From Planctomycetota bacterium (GTDB lineage Bacteria > Planctomycetota > UBA1135 > UBA2386), in assembly GCA_965223545.1 (NCBI GenBank), contig OZ245006.1, positions 3,040,001-3,104,000 of the forward strand: a stretch of 64,000 nucleotides of DNA, given 5' to 3'. Positions 12,501 to 20,507 of the stretch are shown here, piece by piece. Below the pieces are notes generated by a model. The model was not told where the DNA came from and made no database searches. It was given only the letters and a program-made list of their open reading frames with translations. How positions within the stretch are numbered: the stretch's first letter is position 1; each line of letters starts with the position of its first letter. The position numbers and the translations under genes were made by a program.

Positions 12501-14431
12501 TCCAGCACCGCCGGCAGCGACGGCGGTAGCCGTGGCAGCAGCCCGCTCTGCGTCACCAGCAGCGAGATCTCCGCGTCCTCCATGATGAACGCCAATCGAT
12601 CCGCCGGGAACGACGGGTCCAGCGGTACGTACGCGGCGCCGGCCTTCTGGATCGCCAGCAGCGCCACCAGCATCCCGACCGAGCGCTCCACCGACACGCC
12701 CACCAGCTGCCCAGGAGCCACGCCCCGCGACGACAGCTCGCGCGCCAGCTGGTTGCTGCGCGCCTCCAGCTCGGCGTGGCTCAGCTGCTCGCCGCCGCAC
12801 GACACCGCCACCGCGTCACCGCGCTCCGCCGCGACCCGGCTGAGCTCGACCACCAACGTCGAGTCGCGCGGATACTCCCGCTGCGTTGCTGCACTCGATG
12901 CCACCACTGCCGCGCGCTCGCTCTCCGTCAGCAGCGGCAGCTCCCAGATGCTCGCTTCCGGCGACGCGGCGACGCCTTCGAGCAGCGCGATGAAGTGGCC
13001 GGTCATGCGCACGACGGTTTGCTCGTCGAACAGATCGCTGTTGTACTCGAACGCACCGACGTCGTTGCCGAGGATGAGCGACAGGTCGAACATCGCCGCC
13101 GCGGTGTCGGGCGAAGTCCACTCGACCTCGAGGCCGCCGAACGCCGGCAGGTCCGCGTCGTAGAGGACGTTGAACAGCACCTGGAACAGGGGGTTGCGGC
13201 TCAGGTCGCGGTCCGGCTTGAGCTCGACGACCAGCTGCTCGAACGGCATCTCCTGATGGGCAAATGCGTCCAGCGCTACCTTGCGGACGCGCGCCAACAA
13301 AGCGCGGAAGCTCGGCGCGCCGGTGAGATCGACGCGCAGCACCAGCGTGTTCAAGAACAGGCCGATCAGGGGCTCGGTCTCGGTGCGATCGCGGTTGGCG
13401 ACCGGCGTCCCGACCGCGATGTCATCCTGCCCCGAGTAGCGCGCCAGCAGCACGTGGAACGCCGCCAGCATGGTCATGAAGTAGGTGCAGCCCTCGCTCC
13501 GCCCCAGGGCCTTGACCGCCTCGTGCGTGGTGGCCGGAATGTCGAAGGCGCGCCGCGTGCCGTGGAACGTCTGCTGTGGGGGCCGCGGCCGGTCGGTCGG
13601 CAGCTCGAGGGGGGCTAGTCCGGCCAGTCGTTCGCGCCAGTACTCCACCAACCGCCCGGAAGCGGTCGGATACCAACGCCGCTGCCAAGCCGCGTAGTCG
13701 CCGTACTGGACCGTCAGCGCCGGCAGAGGGGATGCACGCCCCTCGGTGCGCGCCTCGTACAGGGCCGCGATCTCCTTGAACAGCACGCCGTAGCTCCAGC
13801 CGTCGCTGATCAGGTGCAGCATGGTCAGCACCAAGAGGTGCTCGCGGGCGGCGGTCTTGACCAGCGTGAAGCGGTAGAGCGGCGGGTCTTTGTGATCGAA
13901 CGATCGCTCGAACTCAGCCCGCGCGAACTCGTCCGCCGCGCGGCCCGGGTCGTCGCGGTCGGTGAAGTCCAGCACCGACAGCACGCCGCCTCGCGGCTCG
14001 TCGACGACCTGCACCGGACCGTCCCCGGCCAGCCGGAACGCGGTGCGCAGGATCTCGTGCCGGCGCTCGATCTCGTCGAAGCTCCACGCCATCGCCGGCA
14101 GGTCGAGGGCGCCGTGCAGGCGCACCGCGTACACGAGGTTGTACGCGGCGGTGTCCTGCTCGAACTGCAGCAAGAACCAAAACCGCTGTTGGGCAAACGA
14201 CAGCGGCAACGGCGCTTGCCGATCCGCCGGCGTGATGCCAGCCGCCGCCGGCGCCGCGCTTTGCTTGGCAGCGCCGAGAAAGCGAACGAGCTCTTCCTCG
14301 CGCGCGCGCACCTCGGCGAGCAGCTCGGCCGGCACCGGCGTATCGCCTTCGTCGACCCGGAGACGACCGTCTTCGATGCGCAGCCGCACCCCGAGCTGGC
14401 GAAGCCGCGCCAACAGAGGGACCACGCTCAT
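6551..14431 (-). CDS. Hybrid NRPS-PKS 1: TubC_N/beta-hairpin docking-C-A(Gly)-PCP-KS-AT(malonyl)-KR-ACP
   Basis: N-term LLARLRQLGVRLRIEDGRLRV. C motif LHLISDG. A motifs YVIFTSGSTGRPKG and NMYGPTETTIW, code read as DILQLGMIWK (Gly). PCP FFDLGGHSL. KS DTACSTS, HGTAT, NMGH. AT GQG, GHSIGE, HAFH. KR ITGGLGGIG and DYVAAN. ACP LGFDSL. No TE. Confidence 0.95.
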   Translation of the reverse strand: MSVVPLLARLRQLGVRLRIEDGRLRVDEGDTPVPAELLAEVRAREEELVRFLGAAKQSAAPAAAGITPADRQAPLPLSFAQQRFWFLLQFEQDTAAYNLVYAVRLHGALDLPAMAWSFDEIERRHEILRTAFRLAGDGPVQVVDEPRGGVLSVLDFTDRDDPGRAADEFARAEFERSFDHKDPPLYRFTLVKTAAREHLLVLTMLHLISDGWSYGVLFKEIAALYEARTEGRASPLPALTVQYGDYAAWQRRWYPTASGRLVEYWRERLAGLAPLELPTDRPRPPQQTFHGTRRAFDIPATTHEAVKALGRSEGCTYFMTMLAAFHVLLARYSGQDDIAVGTPVANRDRTETEPLIGLFLNTLVLRVDLTGAPSFRALLARVRKVALDAFAHQEMPFEQLVVELKPDRDLSRNPLFQVLFNVLYDADLPAFGGLEVEWTSPDTAAAMFDLSLILGNDVGAFEYNSDLFDEQTVVRMTGHFIALLEGVAASPEASIWELPLLTESERAAVVASSAATQREYPRDSTLVVELSRVAAERGDAVAVSCGGEQLSHAELEARSNQLARELSSRGVAPGQLVGVSVERSVGMLVALLAIQKAGAAYVPLDPSFPADRLAFIMEDAEISLLVTQSGLLPRLPPSLPAVLDLEEEGTRAAIAAQSAAPLAPAAGPGDLAYVIFTSGSTGRPKGVQIEHRALLNFLCAMASSPGMGSEDTLLGVTTISFDIAGLELYLPLLVGGRVEIATSAQASDGEQLAALMESCGATVMQATPATWHLLLESGWGGLSGLKVLCGGEAFPRELAERLLPLVGEVWNMYGPTETTIWSLCGRVESGSGPVPIGAPIANTEVYLLDRHGQPVPVGVPGKLFLGGDGLARGYWRRDALTAEKFVAHPFAETGRIYETGDLARYTNAGELEFLGRIDHQVKVRGFRIELGEIEAVLAGHGGVRDAVVVAQTKRRGDVQLVGFYRVEPGNAEATEGALREHLRGSLPEYMVPGVLVELAEYPLTPNGKVDRAALMGREVGARGGAGYVAPSGELEEEVAAIWRELLEVERVGRGDNFFDLGGHSLLIVQLRRRLAERCGVELSIAEVFQYPTVGAMAAHLRGGDGEEDAFAAVRARLVRRGDAAADGEAIAVIGIAARFPKAPDVDAYWRNLADGIECVSFFSDEEVLAAGVDPAWLDRDDYVRARAVLEDADLFDAEAFGVNPREADAMDPQHRVFLQVAHAALEDAGYDPLRAGSVGVFAGCGPNSYRRNQLLRNARFLASMSPFQVFLLNYSGFLTTRVSYKLDLKGPSVEVDTACSTSLVAVVQACQSLRDFQCDMALAGGVQINFPQKTGHLYEEGQILSPDGHCRPFDAAAKGTLSGDGCGVVVLKRLADALADGDPVRAVVRGAAMNNDGANKVGFTAPSVDGQAEVVAMAQSMAGVDPRSIGYVECHGTATTLGDPIEIAALSKAYSAATVDRQFCAIGSVKSNMGHLDAAAGIAGFIKAVLALQNEAIPPSLHYERPNPEIDFAASPFFVNAAYRTWQRGSVPRRAAVSSFGLGGTNAHAVLEEAPARPVPAEATRECEVLTLSAHTVAALDEMSARLAAHLRAHPEQGLQDVAWTTQASRSGLAHRRALVVRDAADAAEVLAGGDAKRVLAGARGDGEARVAFLFPGQGAQYVGMGRSLYEGYPVFRAALDRCAELLQPHLEGDLRALLYPASPSAEDAERLQQTRWTQPAIFAVEYALAELWRSFGVVPSAFLGHSIGEFVAATLAGVFELSDALALVALRGRLMQALPGGAMLSVPLGEAEVGALLGQLPAGGELSLAAVNGPRSCVVSGPHAAVSALEAELSERDLPCRPLHTSHAFHSSMMEPIVAEFERAVAAVSRQPAGARCVSTVTGDWIAAEDWQAPEYWGRNLRHAVRFADGAGRLLAEEGLVLLEVGPGQTLSALSKQQGVAGRVVVSSMRHPQDTVSDGEALSAAAARLWLADVALDWRATHGEAPVRRVSLPTYPFARVRHWVDADAAGSGDSAGAGTPAVGRNDDVGRWFFTPGWRRTAAAVPAAAAGPACWLLVGDGNGLGDALQRALAEAGDPVRRCRAALGREEFAAELGRARQADRRMIVVHLGAVVDAAPGAADDDRDLRAGFDSLVALAQVLANQSAQLEVVSNQLRDAGGVTVRRPERAAVFGPALVLGQESPLVTCRSIDVLLERETDATAVAAQVLAEARGESADRVVAYRGRQRWVRSIVPAPLPPADGAPGRVKGVYLITGGLGGIGLALARRLAESAGVVLVLVGRSPLPPRSSWPQAPGGEPPTDRAARRIQAVMELEAAGARVVVETADVTDAAAMAGVVERALGHTGTIDGVVHAAGAIAHRMLDEPDSAQAAATLAAKVAGTRVLAEVLGDAPRDFVLLCSSVSTLLGGIGLADYVAANAVLDAWALAREGAGGAAWIAAQWDAWADVGFAADALAADATAEQRSAREAALRDAIRAAEGGDAFARLLRNPLPEVLVVPGDLELRWARSRGELGATDAAPAEEQASGVQAHARPQLATRYVAPSSEIECEIAAVVGELIGIGEVGVHDNLFELGFDSLLANRMIGRLKERLAVGVPLRTVLESPTVEELGKYVQAARFAASMAKMPK
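8432..9805. repeat. Direct repeat block B, copy 1 (KS end, KS-AT linker and AT); GRINS-like
   Basis: Aligns without gaps to 29140-30513 (offset 20708), with roughly two dozen mismatches seen by eye. C far exceeds G on the + strand (9121-9180: C28 G16 A13 T3). Confidence 0.9.
10984..12969. repeat. Direct repeat block A, copy 1 (A domain, PCP and KS start); GRINS-like
   Basis: Aligns to 31698-33683 (offset 20714). I saw no mismatch until ~12709 and only about 7 after it. The antisense ORFs 10990..12405 and 31704..33119 translate identically. 11281-11340: C33 G9. Confidence 0.93.
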
Positions 14432-14658
14432 CGGCAGAGCCTTCGGTCGGCCTGGGCGGGGGGCGGCGAAAACGGATCGGACATGGGTCCCTGCAGGGGC
14501 TGATCGGGCGTCGGCGGCACGGTGCTGAACAGAGGAGACGGGTCGACGGGCATCTTATGGAATCCGCCGGCGAGCGGCGCCTCAATCAGCACCTAACCCG
14601 TTCTTGCATCAACGGTTGTGGAGCAACCCACCAGCCAGTGGCTCTTCCCCCTCGTCGC

Positions 14659-16206
14659 TCAGCACCGGAACTGCGACACCAGGCGGCGCAGGCTGGTCGA
14701 CTGACCGGCCGCGTCCAGCGCCATGGTCGCCAGCTCCTGCGATCCCGCGGAGTTGCGGACCGTGAGGCCCTTGACCTCCTCGGCCCGCACCATCACGTCG
14801 CGCAGATCACCGCTCTGCTCGGCGGCGGCGCCGCTGATCTCGGTCAGGATGGAGTTGACCTCGGTCGCCGTGGTCAGGATCTGCCGCAGGGACTCGGCGA
14901 CGCTGGTCGCAAGCCGGTCGCCGCTCTCGGCCGAGTCGTTGGCACGGGCGATCATCTCGGCGGTCTCGGTCGCGGCCCGCGCACAGCGCCCGGCGAGGGC
15001 GCGCACCTCTTGCGCCACGATGCTGAAGCCGCGACCCGCATCGCCAGCGCGCGCCGCCTCCACCGAGGCGTTGAGCGCCAGCAAGTTGGTCTCGAAGGCG
15101 ATGTTGTCGATCACGCCGAGGATCTGCGACACCTCCTGACTGGTCTCGCGGATCCGATGCATCGCGCCGCCCAGCTCCTCCATCTGCGCGACGCCGCGGG
15201 CAGCCGACTCGTTGGCACCCGTCGCCAGCTCGCTCGCCCGGCGCGTGTGGTCGGAGGTGCGGCCGACGGCCGCTGTCACCTGCTGCAGTCGCGCCGAGAT
15301 CTCCTCGAGCGCGCTCGAACAACCGAGGGCGTACTCCGACAGCGAATGGCTGGAAGCCTGGATCGATCCACTGCGCTCGTCCATCTCGGCGGTCTCGTCG
15401 ATGATCGAGCGGATCGTCGTCCGCATCGAGTCGACTGCGTCGTTGAGCGCGCTCGCCATCTTGCCGAGCTCGTCGTCCGCCGCCACGCCCACGCGCTGAT
15501 CCAGGTGTCCTTCGCGCACGCGCTGCAAACCGTTCAGCATCACGCCCATCGAGCGGAGGATGTGCCGGGTTTGCGCCATACTGCCCAGCACGATGATCGC
15601 CAGGATGATGGCACTGACGATCAAGACGGCGCGCTGGGGAGCCGCTGCGCGCTCGCCAATCTGCGGGAGCTCGTGGGTCAACGTGTCGCGGACCGCGAGC
15701 GCGAGCTGCACCAGACCTTGCGCTGCCTCGCCGTGCAGCTCGTCGATGATGTCGACGTGCAGATCGGCGTCCTCGAGTTCACCCACCTCGAGCTTGGCCA
15801 AGCACTCGTCGACGGCGGCATCGACTTCTTGGAAAGCGCGCACGACGTCCTGCAGCGCCTTGCGCCGCTCCGGGTCACTGGTATCGGCCAGCATCTCGGC
15901 GATGGTGGCGCGCAGGTCTGCGCGTCGGGCCTGATAGCCGCTGGCGAGCCCCAGATCGCCGCTGCGAAGCAGCTGGATCAGCTGGGCGCGCGCGTCGACG
16001 GCCTTGTCGATGCTCGTGCTGATCTTGATGTGCATCGACGTCAAGCCCGACACGGCGTTGAGATCGCGCGTCACGACGTTCAGCTCGTAGACCACGACCC
16101 CGACCTGCACCGACAGGAGCAGCCCGACGGTCACCGCCATCCCGTACAGACGGCCGCGAATCGACCGGTCTCGACGCCATCGCCGCAAGCTGGATACAGG
16201 GTTCAT
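14659..16206 (-). CDS. Methyl-accepting chemotaxis protein (TM, periplasmic domain, TM, HAMP, MA)
   Basis: IDNIAFETNLLALNASVEAARAGDAGRGFSIVAQEVRALA signalling hairpin. HAMP DDELGKMASALN. Two TM segments. Start chosen at ATG 16206, just past the upstream stop. Confidence 0.93.
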   Translation of the reverse strand: MNPVSSLRRWRRDRSIRGRLYGMAVTVGLLLSVQVGVVVYELNVVTRDLNAVSGLTSMHIKISTSIDKAVDARAQLIQLLRSGDLGLASGYQARRADLRATIAEMLADTSDPERRKALQDVVRAFQEVDAAVDECLAKLEVGELEDADLHVDIIDELHGEAAQGLVQLALAVRDTLTHELPQIGERAAAPQRAVLIVSAIILAIIVLGSMAQTRHILRSMGVMLNGLQRVREGHLDQRVGVAADDELGKMASALNDAVDSMRTTIRSIIDETAEMDERSGSIQASSHSLSEYALGCSSALEEISARLQQVTAAVGRTSDHTRRASELATGANESAARGVAQMEELGGAMHRIRETSQEVSQILGVIDNIAFETNLLALNASVEAARAGDAGRGFSIVAQEVRALAGRCARAATETAEMIARANDSAESGDRLATSVAESLRQILTTATEVNSILTEISGAAAEQSGDLRDVMVRAEEVKGLTVRNSAGSQELATMALDAAGQSTSLRRLVSQFRC

Positions 16207-16222
16207 GGTGTGGTTCTCGGGA

Positions 16223-17227
16223 TCACTGCATCGGAGCCGGCGCAGCCACGGCGACGGGTTGATCCAGCGCTCGCAGGAAAGCGAGCAGGTCGGCGCGCTC
16301 GGCCTCGCTGAGCTGCAGCGGGAAGATCTCCGGGGACCGGCCGTAGCGGTCCTCGCCCACACCGCCGGCAATGTAGAAGTCGACGACCTCTTCCAACGTC
16401 GCCGCCGAACCGTTGTGGAAGTACGGAGCCGTGCGGCCGACGTTGCGCAACCCAGGGGTCTTGAACGCCTTGTGGTTGGCAAAGAAGGGGTACGGTCGCA
16501 TCGTGAAGTGCGGGTTGCGCACCACGCCCATGCGGCCGACGTCTTCGGTCGACACTCCGGTGTGATGGAAGTTCTGGTCGGTGAAGTTGGGGCCCTTGTG
16601 GCACTCGATGCAGTGCGCCTTGCCGCCGAACAGCTGCATACCCCGCTGCTCTGCCGGCGTCAGCGCATCGGTATCCCCCGCCAAGTAGCGATCGACGCGG
16701 GTGTCGTCGACGACGATCGAGGCGACGAACGCGCCGAGGGCCCGCAAGATCGAATCCTCGCTCACTCCGATCCCCGGGAACGCCGCGGCAAACGCCCGCC
16801 GGTAGCCCTCGATCCCCGCCAGTCGCTGCACCAACTCGGCCATGCTCATGTCGAACTCATCGGGGTTCTCGATGACCTGCTTGGCCTGACTCTCCAGCGA
16901 GGCAGCGCGCCCGTCCCAAAAGAACACGCGGTTGTAGCCGAGGTTGTAGAGCGGCGGGGTATGCCGCCGGAGGGTGACGCCGCGCATCCCTCGAGCCAGG
17001 GCAAGGCCGTCACCGAAGCCGAGCTCGGGTCGGTGGCAGCTGACGCACGCCAAGCTGCGGTCGCGCGACAACCGCTCGTCGAAGAACAGCGAGCGACCCA
17101 AGTCGACGATGGCGGCGGACTCTTGGTCCAGCGTGTCCAGCGCTCCGATGCGCTCGCCGACGCTCGGGCTGACGGTCGCGCAACCGACCACCGCGCAGAC
17201 CACCACGACCGCCCTGAGGACCCCCAT
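16223..17227 (-). CDS. Di-haem cytochrome c peroxidase / MauG family lipoprotein
   Basis: Two CxxCH motifs (CVSCH, CIECH), plus LFFDERLS, FWDGRA and FKTPGLRNV..TAPYFHNGS. Lipobox-like VVGC. Confidence 0.92.
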   Translation of the reverse strand: MGVLRAVVVVCAVVGCATVSPSVGERIGALDTLDQESAAIVDLGRSLFFDERLSRDRSLACVSCHRPELGFGDGLALARGMRGVTLRRHTPPLYNLGYNRVFFWDGRAASLESQAKQVIENPDEFDMSMAELVQRLAGIEGYRRAFAAAFPGIGVSEDSILRALGAFVASIVVDDTRVDRYLAGDTDALTPAEQRGMQLFGGKAHCIECHKGPNFTDQNFHHTGVSTEDVGRMGVVRNPHFTMRPYPFFANHKAFKTPGLRNVGRTAPYFHNGSAATLEEVVDFYIAGGVGEDRYGRSPEIFPLQLSEAERADLLAFLRALDQPVAVAAPAPMQ

Positions 17228-17233
17228 CGCACG

Positions 17234-17722
17234 TCAGACGTCGATCTCGAGCAGCACTTTGACCTTCTTGCGCGCGGCGGCGTCGAGCTCGTCCGCGGGA
17301 ACGAAGCCAATGCCGCCCTTCATCGCACCGACGAAGCGGATCACGCGCTGGGCATCGGTCAGCTGCTTGGCCGGCTTGATCGCCGACTGGTACTGCAGCT
17401 TGATCCAGTAGCGCGCCACCGAGTCCGCGTTCATCGACAGCACGTCGCGGAAGAACGCGTCTCGTGCTTCGACGTCACCCTGGAACTCCACCGGCACGAC
17501 CTTCTGTCGCCGGAACGCGCCGGCGCTCTTGCCGACCGCCCGCTCCCAAGTGTGCTCCTTCTTCAGGTAGAGCTGACGGATCATCTCCTTGCTCAGCTTC
17601 TCGGCCGGGTTGGCGGCGTGGACGATCACGCACACCTTCCGCTTCTTGTCTTGCGCCGCCGGGAGCACCGCAGTGACCAGGGCCATTGCCAGCAAGGCCC
17701 GCCAAGTCGTGGTCTTCCACAT
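17234..17722 (-). CDS. Small periplasmic binding-protein-like protein (family usually labelled phosphate ABC substrate-binding-like)
   Basis: Signal peptide PAA|Q. Pattern VIVH..NP...LS...IRQLYL, R..F...VL, YW, V..FV....GGIGFV. Confidence 0.7.
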   Translation of the reverse strand: MWKTTTWRALLAMALVTAVLPAAQDKKRKVCVIVHAANPAEKLSKEMIRQLYLKKEHTWERAVGKSAGAFRRQKVVPVEFQGDVEARDAFFRDVLSMNADSVARYWIKLQYQSAIKPAKQLTDAQRVIRFVGAMKGGIGFVPADELDAAARKKVKVLLEIDV

Positions 17723-17724
17723 GA

Positions 17725-18999
17725 TCAGAATCCAAATGCAATCTGAGTAACCAGGGAGTGCTCGTCGTGCGCGCCCTCGAAGTGCCGGGCGAACTCGACC
17801 TTGAGTCGCGTGTTGGGATTGACGTCGTAGTTGACGCCGACGATGCCGACCCGCGTCTCGGGGATGAACGTCTTGGTCAGCAGATCACCATCGAGGCGGA
17901 GCCCGTAGTAGCTGCCCTGGTCGCCACTCGGCAGATCCAGATGGTCGTAGCGCACGTACGGGTGCAAGTGGTTGTCGGCGAGATTCAGCGAGAGCTCGGC
18001 GGTCAACCCGAACAGCGCCTCGCCGCCGATCTTGCCGTAGGCCGCCTCGGCGAGCAGGTTGAAGTCCTCACCCATGTAGGTGACGTACGGGTTGAAGCCG
18101 ACCTCGTCGAGCCGCAGCGGAGTCGCGCTGTTGATGTCCACGGTGTTGCCGATCGCGCCGACCTCGAAGGTGTGGATCTCGCTGTACCAGCCGCTCAAGC
18201 CGACGCGGAAGTCCGCGGCGCCCGGCACCAGCCACTCGAGCAACCAGGTGACCTCTTTGCCCTTGTCGTCGCGCGCGAACGTGTTGATCGTCGGATCGAT
18301 GGCGCGACCGTTGCCGATGCCGACCGCGTATTTGAATCGCTGCTCACCGACATCGAACTGACCGTGCAGATTCGCACCGACCGTGTGCGTCGGCACCAGG
18401 TTGAGCTCCTCCTCGAACAGGTCGGGGACGAACACCGAGTGCATCAGCCAGGAGCGCGAATACAGGAAGCGGTTGTGGTAGCCGATCGGCGTGAAGAACA
18501 AGCCGGCCTGCAGGTTGATCAGCTCGCTGTGGCGGTAGTCGAGGAAGAAGCGCTCGGTGTCGATCTCGATCTCTTCGCTGCCGCCGCGGTCGGTCTGGAA
18601 GTTGATCTCGCCCTGGAAGACGAGATCCTCGGTCAAATCCGCCGTGACGACGAAGTCGGCGCCGACGATGCCGAAGCCCTTGCCGTAGCTGTTGAGCGGC
18701 TGCTCGTAGCCGCCGAACTGCTCGAACAGCGCGCGCTGCCGGCCGCTGGCGGGATCACCGAAGTCCGTGCCGAGGGTGATGTCCGCAAAGCCGTTGAAGC
18801 GGATGCGGTCCTCGCCGAACTCCTGCGGGATGGGAAGCAGCGGCACGTCCAGCGCGAGCTCGTCCGCCGCCTCCTCCTTCGGTTCTGCTGGCTGTCCACT
18901 CCACGCGGCGCCGGCCACGCCGGGCCGCTCGCGCCCTTCTTGCGCTCTTACCGTCGAGAGAACCAGCCCGAGCAGGACTGCCCAAACGATCATCCGCAT
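17725..18999 (-). CDS. Outer-membrane beta-barrel (porin-like)
   Basis: Signal peptide VRA|Q, alternating amphipathic strands, QAGLFFTPIG motif and C-terminal Phe (IAFGF). Alternative start at 19044. Confidence 0.75.
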   Translation of the reverse strand: MRMIVWAVLLGLVLSTVRAQEGRERPGVAGAAWSGQPAEPKEEAADELALDVPLLPIPQEFGEDRIRFNGFADITLGTDFGDPASGRQRALFEQFGGYEQPLNSYGKGFGIVGADFVVTADLTEDLVFQGEINFQTDRGGSEEIEIDTERFFLDYRHSELINLQAGLFFTPIGYHNRFLYSRSWLMHSVFVPDLFEEELNLVPTHTVGANLHGQFDVGEQRFKYAVGIGNGRAIDPTINTFARDDKGKEVTWLLEWLVPGAADFRVGLSGWYSEIHTFEVGAIGNTVDINSATPLRLDEVGFNPYVTYMGEDFNLLAEAAYGKIGGEALFGLTAELSLNLADNHLHPYVRYDHLDLPSGDQGSYYGLRLDGDLLTKTFIPETRVGIVGVNYDVNPNTRLKVEFARHFEGAHDEHSLVTQIAFGF

Positions 19000-19172
19000 T
19001 GCCCTTTGCCTCACCTGCTGCCTCGGCGACACCGACGCCGCCACCCTAAACAGCTCGGCAAATCAGGCGGTGTCCCCTTAGGGCATCACGGGTGCACACC
19101 GGGTTCCTTCACAGTCGAAGGGTCGCGTGTCCGGCGGCGCGTCGGGCCATGGCACCGGCGGATCGTGCGCGC

Positions 19173-20267
19173 CTATTGCATACCGACGACGAGTGCCCGG
19201 TCGCCGAGCACGACCTGCGGAGCATCAGCCAACGATCCGGTGCGCCTCAACGTCAAGCCGCGATAGGGAGACGGTGGCGAGCTGAACGAGAACTCGGCCG
19301 CCGGCGACAGCCGCAAGCCGACGCCGTCGGCCACCATGGTCTGGCTGTGGACACGACGGCCAAGCAGGGCCGGCGAACGCGGCACGGGCACGCGCAGCGA
19401 GAACGACGCGCTGCCGCCGGTGCCCCACAGGGTCCGGCCGGCGATCACTGCCGCGGGCTCGGTCAGGATCGCGCAGCCCGGTAAGCCGATCAGCGGGAGG
19501 GGCAGCGGCAGCGGCCCCCACTGAGTGCGGCTCGCGCCGAGCCACGCCACCGCGGGGTGGCTCGTGGAGGACGCCGGAAAGCGCAGAGTCGTCCGCAAAG
19601 AAGTACTGCCCGCCGACGCCCAGTACGACTGCGGTGTTGGACCACAACCGCTGCCGAACTCGGCGACCTGAATCGTCCAGCCCACTCCGCTCCACTGCGC
19701 GGCGTCCGGGTACCAGCGCCACTGGGTGGGGCCGCCGGCTTCCGGAGCCGTTTCGATCTCCAGCAACAGGTGCGCGCCGGCGACCATCGAGAACGGTCGA
19801 TCCAGCGGGATGCGTACGCTGAAAGATGCCGGCCCGGCGCCATTCGGCACGTGTGCGGGGAACGAAACCGGCTTGTCGTCGAGGACGGTGGTCAGATCAG
19901 CGCCGTAGTTCGCCGCGAAGCTGGTCTGACTGGCCAGCTCCGGGCTCGGCACGCCGCGCGCACTCAGCCGAACCGTGAGGCGCCGCTGAAACGCACCGAA
20001 CGAGCCGAACGTGCCGCCGTTGTCGGGGCGCAGCAGCAACGCGGACCAAGACTGCAGGGGCCGGTAGACCTCGCGGCTCTCGTAGATGGTCTGCGTCCGC
20101 TGCAGGGCATTGTTGGCCACCGCGAGACTCGCCGAGCGGCCCTCGGCGAGCTGCGCCGACACGGGCGTCACGCCGACCTGGCCCGACAGTGGGGAGCTGG
20201 CAGCCGTGGACAGAACCATCGCGACGGGCACGGTCGCGAGCGACAGGAGAGGGGAACAACGGAACAT
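19173..20267 (-). CDS. Secreted hypothetical protein carrying the shared FGxGC...LPL...PGC domain
   Basis: Signal-like N-terminus. FGSGCG...WLGASRTQWGPLPLPLPLIGLPGCAIL...VPRSPALLGRRVHSQ resembles the C-termini of the LamG protein and the sulfatase. Confidence 0.7.
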   Translation of the reverse strand: MFRCSPLLSLATVPVAMVLSTAASSPLSGQVGVTPVSAQLAEGRSASLAVANNALQRTQTIYESREVYRPLQSWSALLLRPDNGGTFGSFGAFQRRLTVRLSARGVPSPELASQTSFAANYGADLTTVLDDKPVSFPAHVPNGAGPASFSVRIPLDRPFSMVAGAHLLLEIETAPEAGGPTQWRWYPDAAQWSGVGWTIQVAEFGSGCGPTPQSYWASAGSTSLRTTLRFPASSTSHPAVAWLGASRTQWGPLPLPLPLIGLPGCAILTEPAAVIAGRTLWGTGGSASFSLRVPVPRSPALLGRRVHSQTMVADGVGLRLSPAAEFSFSSPPSPYRGLTLRRTGSLADAPQVVLGDRALVVGMQ

Positions 20268-20507
20268 CGAGGCAACTCCTCAGACTGATAAGCAAGGAGG
20301 ACCGGGGAGCGGCACAGCCGGCCACTCCGAGGGTGTTGCCGCGGAAAGGCGATCTGCGGCACGCCCCGGGCGCTTTTTGGGGCTCGGCCGCCGCTCGGGC
20401 GCGGCCCTTCGGCGCCGCCACGCCCCTGGCCTGCGTTTCGGCGACCGGATAGAACACGCAGCGCTCCTCTCCGGCGGCCTCCTGAAGCCGCGCCGCGCGC
20501 CGTGCCC

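Noticed and set aside
6734..12529. 1931-aa + strand ORF, and the similar 28627..33243 and 20280..23582 ORFs
   Set aside because: These are antisense shadows of the synthase genes. They are Arg/Ala/Pro-rich with no motifs. High GC and the local skew deplete stop codons, so several + frames stay open over the repeat blocks.
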